Shown: positions 39,649 to 52,170, counted from the whole stretch's first letter. The stretch is DNA of 62,995 nucleotides, filler included, from Rhabdomonas costata (GCA_019059605.1; 48 parts of 48 records of this genome joined end to end with filler, not necessarily neighbours in it); one strand, 5' to 3'. The notes: generated from the sequence alone by a model not told the origin. A program made the numbers and translations.

Positions 39649-39666
39649 CCCTAACCCTAACCCTAA
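39649..39666. repeat. (CCCTAA)3 interstitial telomere-like repeat
   Basis: Three perfect CCCTAA units inside a contig. Confidence 0.7.
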
Positions 39667-40996
39667 GAGATTGTATACCATGGGAATATTCACCCTTGGG
39701 CGCGGAAAATTGTTGAAGTGATGCATATGCGGCGGGTATTCACAGCTCTGGGGAGTCGGTGCGGAGGGCACGGCAGCTGCTGCTGCGTGGGGTGTTGCCC
39801 CATCCCTTGATTACCGTGCCGGAGGCCGACCAGAAGTGCGCCGATATGGCCGAGGTCTTTGTACTGTGTGTCACCAGGGCGCGGTATCGCATCCGCAGGG
39901 AGTGTTCATGGCAAAGCGGGAGTAAAACAAGTCGGGCGCAGTGTTAAGTTGTCCGAAACGAAACGCAGACGTTTATTTTCGATTGCTTTAGGATAATCGT
40001 GTATATTCGTCTGTTGCCCCCACCCCCCACCCAGGAATGATCCGCAAGCTAAATATCCAACCCTGTCGCTAACCACGCGGCGCGGCCTTCGGCCCCACCG
40101 GTCGACTTTTTTGAATAGTAAATGGTGGGAGTGATGGGCGTGAAAGAAGGGTGCTCAAAGAGTCAATACTACGTTAAAACCTCAAAACGGGGTAAAGAAT
40201 TGTTTTTGTGCACCCCCGACCTCGGAAGCAGTCGATTTCCGGCGGTCGATTTTTTCACTCCGGAGACCCCATTTTGGGCCTATGTCCGTAGACCTCGGTG
40301 GTCGTTGTTGTTAGGCTCATAGGGGTGCTCATTTTGCCTCAGAAATTGGCCTTTTCTGCCTCAAATCGGTCGTTGCGAGCCTCCAAAGCGTGTTTTTCGT
40401 CTTCTGCTATCCCAATTTCGGGCTTGAACTTGAAGTCGACGGAAAAGGGCTGGCCGGTCCAAATTCTTTCGCGAGTGCTACCACTTAGCCTTCGAGTCGG
40501 CGGTCCGGACCACATCCATCGGATAGCACCCCCCCCTCCCACTAACCTGGGGGTAGGTCAAAAACATCAAGTTTTGAAACGTCCGCTTCTTCGCACAGAA
40601 AAAAATCCCAGTCGAAAATGGCACAGACGGATGACCACAACACNNNNNNNNNNNNNNNNNNNNNNNNNNNNNNNNNNNNNNNNNNNNTTAATTAATTAAN
40701 NNNNNNNNNNNNNNNNNNNNNNNNNNNNNNNNNNNNNNNNNNNGTTGGTTGGGCAATGGTCCGGGCTCTTTTGGCAATTGACTCGGCATTGGGTTTTTCC
40801 AGTTGATGCTTGCCAGCGTGCCAGAGTTGCGCACCCAATTTGATTTGTTTTCTCGGTTTAGTTCTGCGCCTTCTTCATTGTTGACGCCTTGTGGGTTGAT
40901 TTTTTAGGGCGGGCCTCGAGTCATATAATCTGAGTCTTGCTGTGGATTCCTTGGGCCTTGCTCCTGCCGCCCTTTCTGCATTTTCTTTTCTTCCAG

Positions 40997-41721
40997 TGGC
41001 TGACCTGGACCAGTGGTTTGGGGAGCTCATCCCCCGCCGCTGGAACCAGGACTTCTTCGAGCACATCTACGAGGGCCCGGATGACATGCCGGGCCACATG
41101 AAGAGCTCTGTTATCGGCTCCACCGTCACCGTTCCCACCGCCGTGGGCGCCCCTGTCCTGGGTGCGGGTCCTTCCTTTCTTCTTAGGCTGAAAAGAACCC
41201 TGCAACCCTAAACAGCTCATTTCTCGTCGCAGAACTGGGGCGGCGAGAAGTCCACTTCCAAGCGACCCAGCTGCCTGGAACATCTCCCTCACCCTTAGCT
41301 TCCAGTTTTCTTATTCGATTCCATGCTGCGATCTCTCTCGTCATCGTGTTTGTTTGTAAGCGCATATTCCAGCTCCTTCTGCCTTGATCGTCATCATCAC
41401 AATCTTTCGCATTCCTCGTGCTGTGTTGTCACTCATGTCCCTTTTTGGAATTCACTCTCAGTCACTCCTGAAACAACCCCTCACCATTTTTTTACCCGTG
41501 ACTCTCGCCTCTCGCCAGTCCTCGTCCCTTGCTCCGTCGCATTGATCTTTCGTGCTGTGGAAACAACTACTTCAGGGCCCGATCAGGCGGTGTTTGTGTG
41601 CGAGTTCCGCGAGCGCGAGAGTCGCAAGGCGTCCGTGGCCTACGTGGCACAGCCCTCCCCCCCTGCGGCGCAGGCCACGCTGAGCTTCCCGCTAGACACC
41701 CCTGTCATGGACATTACCGAG
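40997..41721 (+). CDS. YjbQ/UPF0047 family protein (2 exons, partial)
   Basis: Exon 40997-41161 FFEHIYEGPDDMPGHMKSSVIGSTVTVP...LG, plus exon 41576-41721 PDQAVFVCEFR...QATLSFPLDTPVMDITE. Confidence 0.88.
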
Positions 41722-42076
41722 GCACGCACGCGCGAACACAAGCACACACACACACACAAGCCGCAATGGAGCAATGCAGGTAGCCGGTGGAAAAGAGCAG
41801 CTGCGCGACAATGGCCCGGGACCTGTGGGGCAGATGGGAGGTTACCAGATGTGGAACGTTCGGTGGTGAGCCGATTTCGGTTCCCCACGGCACCGTTCGC
41901 TCCAACGGCACCTCTCGCGAGCACCCGTGGCCAACAGCGCGTGCGCCAGTCAGTCCCCAANNNNNNNNNNNNNNNNNNNNNNNNNNNNNNNNNNNNNNNN
42001 NNNNTTAATTAATTAANNNNNNNNNNNNNNNNNNNNNNNNNNNNNNNNNNNNNNNNNNNNGGGGGGTGTTGTCCAG

Positions 42077-43275
42077 GTGTGGTGCATCGGGGAGTACGTG
42101 AAGGAGACCCAGACCAACTGCACCGTGAGGTACGCCCTGTACTCCGAGCGAGGCGGGGCGGTGCCAGGGGTCATGCTGGGGTTCACCTTCCCCACGACCT
42201 TCTCCGCAGAGGGATTCATCAGCAGTCCCGTCGCCGAGCCCCCGATATACGTGACTCGGGGCTGGTATTACATCGCGGTTTGTCTCACTCGTCATCCTCG
42301 TCATGCAGTGCCCGTGGTTGTGTTTTCTCCAGGACCTATGGAGATTCCTGACTTCTCTGTGGGTCTGAGGGTTATTGCCGAGTAACCTCCGAGGAAAGAG
42401 CAACTTTAACTATTATTTTTTTTATTTGCCATGCCTCCCTCACAAAAGTGTCGGGGGGTGGGAAGCTGTTGTGCCTGCAGCGCATGTCTGTCAGAACGTC
42501 TGCGGACGTGAAAGCCTCTTTTGCAGTTGTGTGGTGTTTTTCCAGCTTTACCCAATTATTCTCCTCTGTGGGCCTTCGGACGTGCAATAATGAGCTCAAA
42601 TTTTTGTGAATTTGGGGGACTTATTCTCAAAACTTCTTTGAGTGTGCCTAGAGGGTATTTGGGGCCTTGCGCTGGCAGATTAAAAAGAGGAATTCATGTT
42701 ATCAGTCCCGCCCTGGTAACGCCCGAAGTGCGTCAGCAGCTGATTTGTGTGCTTGTGTGTGTGTGTGTGCTTGTGTGTGTGTGTGTGTGAAATTGGAAAA
42801 TCTCGACGTCTTGACCTACCCTTATCGCAGACAAAACCGGGTCTGGCTGAAGTTGTTGCAGCGCGTTTTGCTGAGCACTGTCGTGTGGCAACCACTTCAT
42901 CCCACCACCCCACCCACCTAGACTTCGAAATGCCAGTATCATGGTCTCGTTGAGTGGGGGACCTTCTCATTGCATAATGGTGGGCCTCACAGTCCATTTA
43001 TGGCAACTCCTCGTACAACACCTGCCTGGCCTCCCCAGTGGCCACCCCTACGCTGGGCATCGGTGGGCTGACCTGGGCCGCGCGGTTCCCCTTCATGAAC
43101 GTCACCAACAACGGCACGACTTGGCCGGCCTTCTCCGTGCTCTCAGGGGGCGCCACCTCCGCGGCGTTCCGCACCTCGCGGCACGTCCTGGTGAACAACA
43201 CCTCGCCCGACCTGGGCGGGGGCCTGGTCCACCCCGAAATGGGGGCGGGAATCCACACCAAACACACCACCACAC
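42077..43275 (+). CDS. Probable extracellular glycoprotein (2 exons, partial)
   Basis: Exons 42077-42277 and 42993-end are GC3-rich with several N-x-S/T sequons (NCT, NSS, NVT, NGT, NTS). Confidence 0.55.
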
Positions 43276-44690
43276 NNNNNNNNNNNNNNNNNNNNNNNNN
43301 NNNNNNNNNNNNNNNNNNNTTAATTAATTAANNNNNNNNNNNNNNNNNNNNNNNNNNNNNNNNNNNNNNNNNNNNTGTTTTGGTGGCGGATCCTGAGCTT
43401 TCATGCGCTTGCTCTTCTCCGTCATCTCATCTAGTGGCCTATGCTCCACTGGCTCTTGCATGCCCCATCAGTCTCTCCGTGTTCGTACACCTGCTTGACT
43501 TTCCAAGTCGCCATGATCATCACCCACCTGTGCCCTTTTTGAGTTGCGTTTTCCCCGATTCCCACCAGACTGTTTTTCCCTTCCTCATCCTATCCCACTC
43601 CATCACCCAATCTTCTGCTTCAAAGTTGGTTTTTGTACTTTGGTTGCATTTCCACCCCTGCTTCCTCACAAACTATTTTTCCATGCGCTTTCCCTTCCTG
43701 TCCAAGGGAAAGTTCTCGTCAACGCTCCTTTGCGCCGGAAATTGAATGTTTTGTTTTTCCTCGAACGACGAATCAGAGATCATCCTGTTGTGCCAGCAGG
43801 CATGAAGGATCTGATCTTTGATGAGTACCAGCGTCGGTAGAGTACTACTCTTACTCTTACTCTTTATTTTGTGTTGTTGTTGAATCTACCTGCTACTCTG
43901 ACAGTTGCGTTAGTTTTCTGTTTCTGTTGATGCCTTCCTTGGAGACTCCGCTGAGATAAGTCAAGGGAAACCCTTTTTTTGTTGGTAGACTTGAAAAAGG
44001 TGACATAAAGGTGACGTTGGTCTTTCAGATGAGTGGATACTTTTAGTTGGATTTCGTTTTGTTTTGATAATGAGTGGCTTTAGTTCTCTGGGGTAATGAA
44101 AAAGCAAGTGTGGCTGTTGGACATTTGCCCACATGTTCCGCCGTTTTTTTAAGCTCCGTGATTTGTTGATCGGTTAATTTTGGGAGGTTGGAGTGTGATA
44201 GCGTATAATGATATGGTGGCTGGTGGCTGGTAGATAGATCTTCCTGCTGACATTTGGCGAAGAGTTCCTGGCTCACAGTTTACCTGGCTTATTTTGTTCG
44301 TGTTGAAGCCTACGCTGGAAGCTTGCAGTGGGCGTAGCTGACCTGCAACTTGCGCACAGATGGAGGGTGGGGTGGCGGCCCATTTATGTCAGATTGGCCG
44401 GAGTTTGCGTTGAAACAAGATGCTCAACGATTGTTTTTGATCAAAATCCAACAAAAAACCTACCGCTTAGTTGAAAAGTCAATGTTTTCACCAAAAAAAA
44501 CGTCTTCAACAGAAAAGCACTCCACTTTTGTTCACCCTCAAAAGAATTTGGGGTGATGGAAACCAACCCCCCCGTTCTCGCCCTGTTCCTNNNNNNNNNN
44601 NNNNNNNNNNNNNNNNNNNNNNNNNNNNNNNNNNTTAATTAATTAANNNNNNNNNNNNNNNNNNNNNNNNNNNNNNNNNNNNNNNNNNNN

Positions 44691-45077
44691 GGGTTTTTTG
44701 TTCAGCTCATGCGAAAGGTTGCTGAGGAACCGAAGCATGTCGTCCTGCTGGTGAGAGTGCAGTGCGGCCATTTCTGCCTGCACTGCACGAACCTCCGCCC
44801 ACACGAACCACATCCATAACCGCTGAATGCATCCCTCCCTTTCCTCGGCACCACTGCCACTGCTGCAGAAGCAGCTAGATTGGCCGTGGGGCAGCAGGCA
44901 GTGGCTCAGCTGCCACCGCACCATCCCCCACTGAACCGCACTGAGGGCTAGGGACAACCCCACAACCCCACAACTGGCGCCCGCCTCGAACCCTAAGAGA
45001 AGCCCCACCGTGAGAACGGAGAGGCCTCCAAAGAGGACGCCACATGAGGCAAAGAAAAGCAAAGGATTGCAACTCAT
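44691..45077 (-). CDS. Membrane sensor histidine kinase, N-terminal fragment
   Basis: Two hydrophobic segments followed by the H-box MLRFLSNLSHEL at the contig edge. The 5' boundary is uncertain. Confidence 0.75.
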
Positions 45078-46342
45078 TACGAGGAAGGAAGGAAGGAAGG
45101 AAGAAAAAAGGAAAGGAGGGAGGGAGGGAGAACAGGTACACAGCTATAGAGAAGATCACAAAAAGGCGAGAACGCGGGCCTGTTCCCAAAGAATAGTTAT
45201 ACGATTGTTCTGAAGGGGGTCTCGCCATTCTCCCAAATCACACCCCTCAACGCCAACATCAACAACGGCAACGCACATCCCGACTGCTTACGAAAAAAAA
45301 TCGCTTGCGGCAAAGGAAGACCTCCTCAAATACTGGCGAGAGACTGGTGAGCAGATGGAAGATGAGTAAGGCTACAAAGGGCTACAGCCATCATGGATCC
45401 TACGGCTGGTAAACTAGTATTCTTCGCCTTCACGCGAGACCGCCATCAAAGCCGCCCAGGATCGCCAAGCCTGTCCTGCATACTGAGGGGAGAGTCGATG
45501 CTACACCATTTCCCGGATAGAAAACGAAAACTATTTCAACGAAAACCAAATGGGAGGCGCACAAGTTCAGCTCACAACAATCACGAGAACGCAACAGACA
45601 CGAAAAAAAGCTGACCCGGTGCTTCCGGGTCACGGAGCAAGAGAAAGAAAACAGCAAGGGCTGCCTGGAATGCTTCCCGTCCCATCATGGCGGCTGAAAC
45701 CACAACGGAGCGTGAGTGTTTTCAAGTTTGAAGGAAATCGGTATGCAAAGAGGACACAGTCGATCATAGAAACAGCACATCCCAAGCGAGCACGTTGAAG
45801 TCTTTCCAGAAGTTTAAAGGTACCAGCGGAAGAAAAGCACAGCTCTGTGATAGCCACAGGACATTTCCGAAGGAAACCAAAAAAAGCACCGCCCACCACA
45901 ACNNNNNNNNNNNNNNNNNNNNNNNNNNNNNNNNNNNNNNNNNNNNTTAATTAATTAANNNNNNNNNNNNNNNNNNNNNNNNNNNNNNNNNNNNNNNNNN
46001 NNGTTGTTGTGTGGCTGGGTGCTGTTGTGGGTCGGTCGACAGGGTTGGGTGCGGGTGTTGGAGTGGGTGCATGGGGCTTATCCACCTGATAGTGTGTCCA
46101 AAGCTTTGCTTGCTCCTCGGTCCGCCTGGCTGGTTCCCGTGGCTCTCATGCTCTCTCACTTGTATATGTTCTGGTCAGCACGGACAGAAACCGCGCCTGT
46201 ATTCCTTGCAGGTTGTGCACCTGAAGACGTTTGTCCTTTTTTGTTGTGATTTTCCGTGGTCTTTTCCCCGCGGAAAGGACTAGAACAAAATTCATTGGGA
46301 ACACTTCCCGGGCCCTCGGCCCCAAACATACGTAGTCTGCAC

Positions 46343-46594
46343 CCCATCCTCTTGCATGCCCCGCTGAGGCTGCGGGGAGTGTTGTGGTGACTGCTGCTGC
46401 TGCTGCTGCTGCTGCTGTTGAAGCTGGAGCTGGAGCTGGAGCTGGAGCTGCCGTTGGTCCTCCAGGCGCTTCCGCTGCTGCTCCAGCAACCGACGCTCCA
46501 TCTCCGCCTCCATCGCCGCCTTGCGGGCCAGCCACTCCTTCTCCAGAAGGCGCTCTCTGGCCTTGCGCTCACGCTCCAGGGCCTCGTCCTCAGC
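46343..46594 (-). CDS. Coiled-coil / poly-Gln exon
   Basis: AEDEALERERKARERLLEKEW...QLQLQLQLQLQQQQQQQQQQ, encoded by CAG and CAGCTC repeats, AG/GT bounded. Confidence 0.65.
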
Positions 46595-48632
46595 CTTCCA
46601 AATAAATCAGCAAGGTACCGTAGGTCACCATGAAAAAATTAATGAGAGTTCCGATCATTAATGGAACATCTCCGAGTTTTTCGAGAAGAAAAACAACGTA
46701 TTCAAAAACTTGCTCAAGGGCGGGCCGCTCCAGTGAGCAGACTGGCAAAACATGAACTGGCTGGGTTCCAGTACAGTTACTGCTTAGGAGATAAGGACAC
46801 ACAACCTACCATAGCTGCGGGAACCGGACGTCAAAGAGAGGATGTTGCACAATGACACGACACGACGGCGAGAGGCAAACTGGAATGAATGCTTTTCAAC
46901 TAAGGAAGAAGAACACTATACTGCACCTTCTTCAGAGCCTCGGAAGACCTGAGGGACAAAATGCACACATGGCGACGAGCCCAAGCAAGGAAACAGAAGG
47001 AAACAAGAAAAACAACCCCAACAATTACCGTTCAGGAGTTTGCCTTTTCCAGGTCTCGGCCAAAGTGCGCGCCCCACGAAGGGCTGAGAGTCAAGGAAAC
47101 ACAACGTTTGCGCCTTATGATTTGAACTGGGGAAGGCAAATTCCGAAGCTGATGCACCTGCACCTGCACCTGCAAGCTCTGTCCCCAACTAACTATAACG
47201 GAGTACTGCTCGATCTCNNNNNNNNNNNNNNNNNNNNNNNNNNNNNNNNNNNNNNNNNNNNTTAATTAATTAANNNNNNNNNNNNNNNNNNNNNNNNNNN
47301 NNNNNNNNNNNNNNNNNGTTTTATGGCCGCCCTGATGTTAAAAGCCCAAACACTACCAAAAAGAAACCGCCTGTACGACAACGCTCAATCACCCCGCTTT
47401 ATTTGCCTGATCAAGGAGCGGTGGAGAATCAAGCGTGGTAAGCATGCTGCTCATAGGAGATGTTTCTGAAATAGTTTGTTTCAGTAGCAGATGCGGTCAA
47501 GTTGAAGCACCGAGCAGAGGTTTCGATAAGAGTGCTGACAGAAAATGCGGAAGAAAACAAAAATGAGAAGGCTCAGGATGCCAGTGCTTAGCAGAAAGCC
47601 GTGCCATATGACGCCGTACTGAAGGACAAAGGATTTGAACGCGCAAGAAGTTGATCCAGAAGGCCGTGGTAAGCAGCCAAGTGATGACATAAACAGGCGG
47701 TAGAGTGCAGCAGGCTGCCTGTTGAGGCATCAAGGCCATGTTCAGCAGCGTCAGCTGAGGAGAAATGCAGTGATACAGGTGTTTGATGTCAAGCCGACGA
47801 GACTAAGCAGAGTGACGATATGCTGAAAAAAAACAATCCCAAGATATCATAACACAGTCAAAAAGGCGCAGCCTTGGAGAAAAGACGGGCAAAAGAGTGA
47901 AGAAGCAAAGTATTAAGAATATTGCAGGTTTGCAAGATAAATTAAAGAAAATTGAGAGAAAAAACCAATTTAAAATCAAGACAGCAGGCAGTTAGTAAAG
48001 GTACGGAGGCAAACTGAGGCTCATTTTAAAACCAAGATCTGCGAAAAATTGAAATCTTACTACAAAAGAATCAAATGTGAGGATCTGGATGTCTTGCGAG
48101 GATTTTTTTCAACAGAGTTCGAAGTAGAACATATATAGGAAATAAATTTCCATATTGTTTGAACGAGTTGTGTTACAATGTTGTTGGGAACGAGGTTTGA
48201 AGAGTAATACTTAAAATAGAGGCCGAAAACTGTCTTTATCTTTACGACATGAAGTTTTTGATTAATAATGTTCAAATTGCACAAGACAACAAATTCAGGT
48301 GTGGTGCGTTCCAAAAGTAGCTTTTTGCAATTTGCTCAGGCTTTTGTTGTATGTTTTGCGTTCTTAAAATGTAGCTCAAGCTGTTTTTAAATGTCTGTGC
48401 CGTGGATCTTTGTATCGAAAGTCGCTCGGAGTTTAGCTAAATTTGTCTTTAATTTTGTTTTTTGATCGCTGTTATCACCATGCTTCTTAGAACAATTCAA
48501 GAATATGGAAAACGCAAGTGTCAAATAGCGCANNNNNNNNNNNNNNNNNNNNNNNNNNNNNNNNNNNNNNNNNNNNTTAATTAATTAANNNNNNNNNNNN
48601 NNNNNNNNNNNNNNNNNNNNNNNNNNNNNNNN

Positions 48633-48720
48633 GGTGGTTTTGTAAACCTTTGCAATACAGCGAAGGCCCGCGCTCCTCGGCGAGGCCCTTCGCTGTATTG
48701 CAAAGGTTTACAAAATGACC
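48633..48720. repeat. Contig-start inverted repeat, arms about 35 bp
   Basis: TTTTGTAAACCTTTGCAATACAGCGAAGG pairs with CCTTCGCTGTATTGCAAAGGTTTACAAAA. Confidence 0.93.
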
Positions 48721-49266
48721 CTTCAGTGTGTCCTGTTCCACGGTAATCGGCACCTCACCTCCGACCACAACACAGCCCTCCAGCTCTTTCTCAGAAGGTA
48801 GCAGCCTCCTTAGTAGGGGACAGCCCTTCACCGCTTGGGAGCAATTTCTAGAAATACACTGTGGCATATCCCTCTGGCGCTGATCCACAGCATCCCTCTG
48901 GCTTTGTCCCTCAACACCAACCAGAGCGATGCCACTCTCCTGGTGCCCCGTGGCCAGGGTCTCTCTGATGAGCTCGGTACTACCACTCACCGCAACGGTG
49001 AGGTTTCCGCCCAAGCACAGAGGTGCTTCGCCGGATTCTGCTGCATCCGTTTCAATTCGCTCCCCATCCGAATGGCAGTGCTCGACTTGTCGTGAGGTGA
49101 CATCCCTCAGGCCACTCTTGGAGTCTTTCCCATCTGCAGCAGTAGCAGCAACACAGGAGGCGGTGGGCGTGCAGAGAGCTGGAGAGGTTGTCGTCGAAAG
49201 TTCAGGGAGGGAAGCCCCTAACCAGCGGCCATGGTCATCCTTGCTCGCGCCCGGGCCATTGGACAT
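48690..49266 (-). CDS. Hypothetical protein (long open frame)
   Basis: About 190 codons open from the ATG at 49266. No motif recognised. Confidence 0.35.
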
Positions 49267-49947
49267 GGAACAGGGTGAATGGGACGGGAAATGAAGGGGG
49301 TACAAAGGAGTGACACTTGGGAGAAATAAGACTTTCCAGCTGAACAAATAAGACGGCGAAAGAGATATGAAAGCAGTGCGGTGCAGCGAGGAAAGGCGGG
49401 TGAGTGACGAAAGCAGAAAAACGCAGCGAATTCCGAGGACAGCTGTCTTCGCAGATACTGCTGCGCAAGAAGGTCATACCAGTAATTAGGACCGTGAAAA
49501 AAAAGGATGTGCACACAATGCACGGAGCAAGATCAAAAATGAGGTATAGCAGAGCCGTTCACCCAAAAGAAGCTCAAGCCAGAATTGAAAACGATTACCT
49601 TTCGTGTGCAGGAGTGGCAGTGTTTTGCACCGTGAAGTAATTCTTTCGCAACCTTCCCGATGTCACAACCACTCCACTGAGAATGTTGAAGTCAACAGGA
49701 GCACGTGTTAACAGCAGCAGCGGCGCAATGAATAGGGGCACAGGTCAGCGCGGTGTTGTGGATACTATGAAGTACATGCGTACAGGAGAACGGTTGCCGG
49801 GTTGCGTGCAAGGCAGGAGCCCGGGAAGAACATCCCACCCCAACAACNNNNNNNNNNNNNNNNNNNNNNNNNNNNNNNNNNNNNNNNNNNNTTAATTAAT
49901 TAANNNNNNNNNNNNNNNNNNNNNNNNNNNNNNNNNNNNNNNNNNNN

Positions 49948-51162
49948 GGTGGGGTGTTGAGCCAACTCTACCGCTTCCAGGCCGTTGTAGGCGCTGTCAA
50001 CGGCAGAGGCAGAGATCCCGGCGTTGACAAGCTGCCTGTAAAGCAGAAGAGCATACAACGGACATACAAATGCTGGTTCACATTTTCATAACGGTAACAC
50101 GGGAGAACGTAGTTACGTTAGTACAACTCCGTCCTCTGTAGTCATGATACATAATCGGTGGTATTAAGGAGCATTCTGCATATAATCTAATCGCTCTTGT
50201 GATCGTAGCAAACTTTCCTGCCAAGTGACCCCACCTTTCGCTTTTCTTCATCGGCAAGAACAGCTGCTTGACACTGTCTTTTTCCAGCTGTGGTGAAAGG
50301 CTGACACAAGTCTTACAATATGGAAAGTTCCAACTTGGGGACAGGAAACTTCCAATGCAGGGAGCGAAATGCGACAGTTCAGAGCCATAACCCTCGTTAG
50401 GGGGTTTACAAAGTTACAGACTTCAGAAGGTTTGAAAAATTATGGTTCTTATTGTTGGTTCAGCTTTCTTGGATGATACCGTCCCATCAAAGGCCCCACT
50501 GCCGGGCGTCCGCTTGTACGTGTGAGTTTCAACCTTCAACGTCACCCTTCAAGAGCAACACTTGCCGACCTATGACAATTTAGTACGCATCGTCTTCCTT
50601 CAAAATGTTCTCAACCGTTTCAGGAATTCACTGCCATCCGTGGAATTTCATGATTTATTGGCACCATTTATGCGAGGGGTCCCTCGTCCATACTCCCCGA
50701 ATACTTCCCAAGAGCTAAACAGGGCACAGGCACAACGGCGAGTTCATACCGAAGAAACAGCTTGTGGTTGACTTTGTTGTCTTCGGCAAGAAGAACCCGA
50801 ACTTCGGCAGTAGCTCTGGGGTGTGGGCAATGGGCCAGCGGGTCAGCCAGAGAACTTGCGGAGGCAGACATGGGGAAATTCGCAAGGGATATCAGACAGG
50901 CACGAAGTTCAGCGATGTCCACAGGGGACTTCAATATGAGATCCACCGACGATTTCAAATCGTAGGACTGAACGCAGGGGACAATTACACAGAACAAGCT
51001 ACCCTGCTGCCTCCACTGAGAAACCGCACCAGAAACTCGGAATCCAGCAATCACGAAAACGACATCGGGGACGACCTCAAGAACCATGCTGGGATTGAGG
51101 ACACTCGCCCCGATGTACTTCAGCATGTTGCTAAGCGCGTTGCGGCGAGCCACACCCACCAC
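49948..51162 (-). CDS. Hybrid histidine kinase-type response-regulator receiver region (2 exons)
   Basis: VRVLLAEDNKVNHKLFLR|QLVNAGISASAVDSAYNGLEAVELA, with a GT-AG intron at 50749-50036. Confidence 0.9.
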
Positions 51163-51262
51163 NNNNNNNNNNNNNNNNNNNNNNNNNNNNNNNNNNNNNN
51201 NNNNNNTTAATTAATTAANNNNNNNNNNNNNNNNNNNNNNNNNNNNNNNNNNNNNNNNNNNN

Positions 51263-51465
51263 GGGTGTGCCTGCATGTCTAAAACGCCTCCGCTTACTGC
51301 ATCCGCTCCGAACCTTTATTTTCATTGCTGTAGTACGCCCCCATACGAGCCGTAACCCAAGTAACAATTCGTAACAATTCGGCGAAGATGTACTACAGCA
51401 AGGAAAATAAAGGTTCGGAGCGGATGCAGTAAGCGGAGGCGTTTCAGACATGCAGGCACGCAAAC
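51263..51465. repeat. Contig-start inverted repeat, arms about 74 bp
   Basis: AAACGCCTCCGCTTACTGCATCCGCTCCGAACCTTTATTTTC pairs with GAAAATAAAGGTTCGGAGCGGATGCAGTAAGCGGAGGCGTTT. Confidence 0.95.
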
Positions 51466-51516
51466 TTCCAGAACAGACCCATAACAATCCTTCCCCTCCC
51501 TTTCGTCAGCAGCAAC

Positions 51517-52170
51517 CTTTCTGTAAGGCAGGGCAGTACGTGACGTCGGTGAGACTATCCCCGTGGAACTTCAGCGAGGTCACCTCCTGCCCGATCTCCT
51601 TCAAATCTGATCCAAAACGCACGCGTTCAATCTCACCCAGCAGAACAAGCGATATGAGCACTGGCCCGGTGAAGGCAGGCGGGCGGGCAGGCATTTGACG
51701 GCGAAAAAGCGAGGAGGTCAAAGACAGCAACGAGGAACCGAGGAAGGCACAGTAACCTTCGTGAAGTCAGAGCTTCGGACGGTCTGATGTGCACATAATT
51801 TTTTGCAACATCTTGCGATTGGAGCGAGGGTTAAGTGGCAAATGTTGGCAAACGTTTTTAGCAACCTTTTCGACCCTACAACGGCGATTCCCGCACTTGC
51901 TGGTGTCCAGAGGGACCTCACTATTACCTTTTCAATTACGCTGTAACATTCACGCCAAGAAGACGCTACCTTTATCCCAGTATGCCGGAATAGAGCAACC
52001 AACTACCAGTCACGAGGAGCAACGTTAAAACCATTGTAAGCCCCCACCCTGAAAGAAGACAAGACACAAGACGAAAGACAGTGGGTGCACCCGTGGAAAC
52101 GACCACCACGAAGCCCAAGGAGAAGCCAATCAGGATGTACCCGTCACCAAACCACTTGTAGGACACAATG
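51517..52170 (-). CDS. WDR19: Intraflagellar transport protein IFT144 (2 exons, partial)
   Basis: Exons 52170-52091 and 51606-51517 splice to IVSYKWFGDGYILIGFSLGFVVVVSTDLKEIGQEVTSLKFHGDSLTDVTYCPALQK. Confidence 0.9.

Noticed and set aside
48966..49010. Hammerhead ribozyme core CTGATGAG
   Set aside because: No GAAA core or compatible stems follow.
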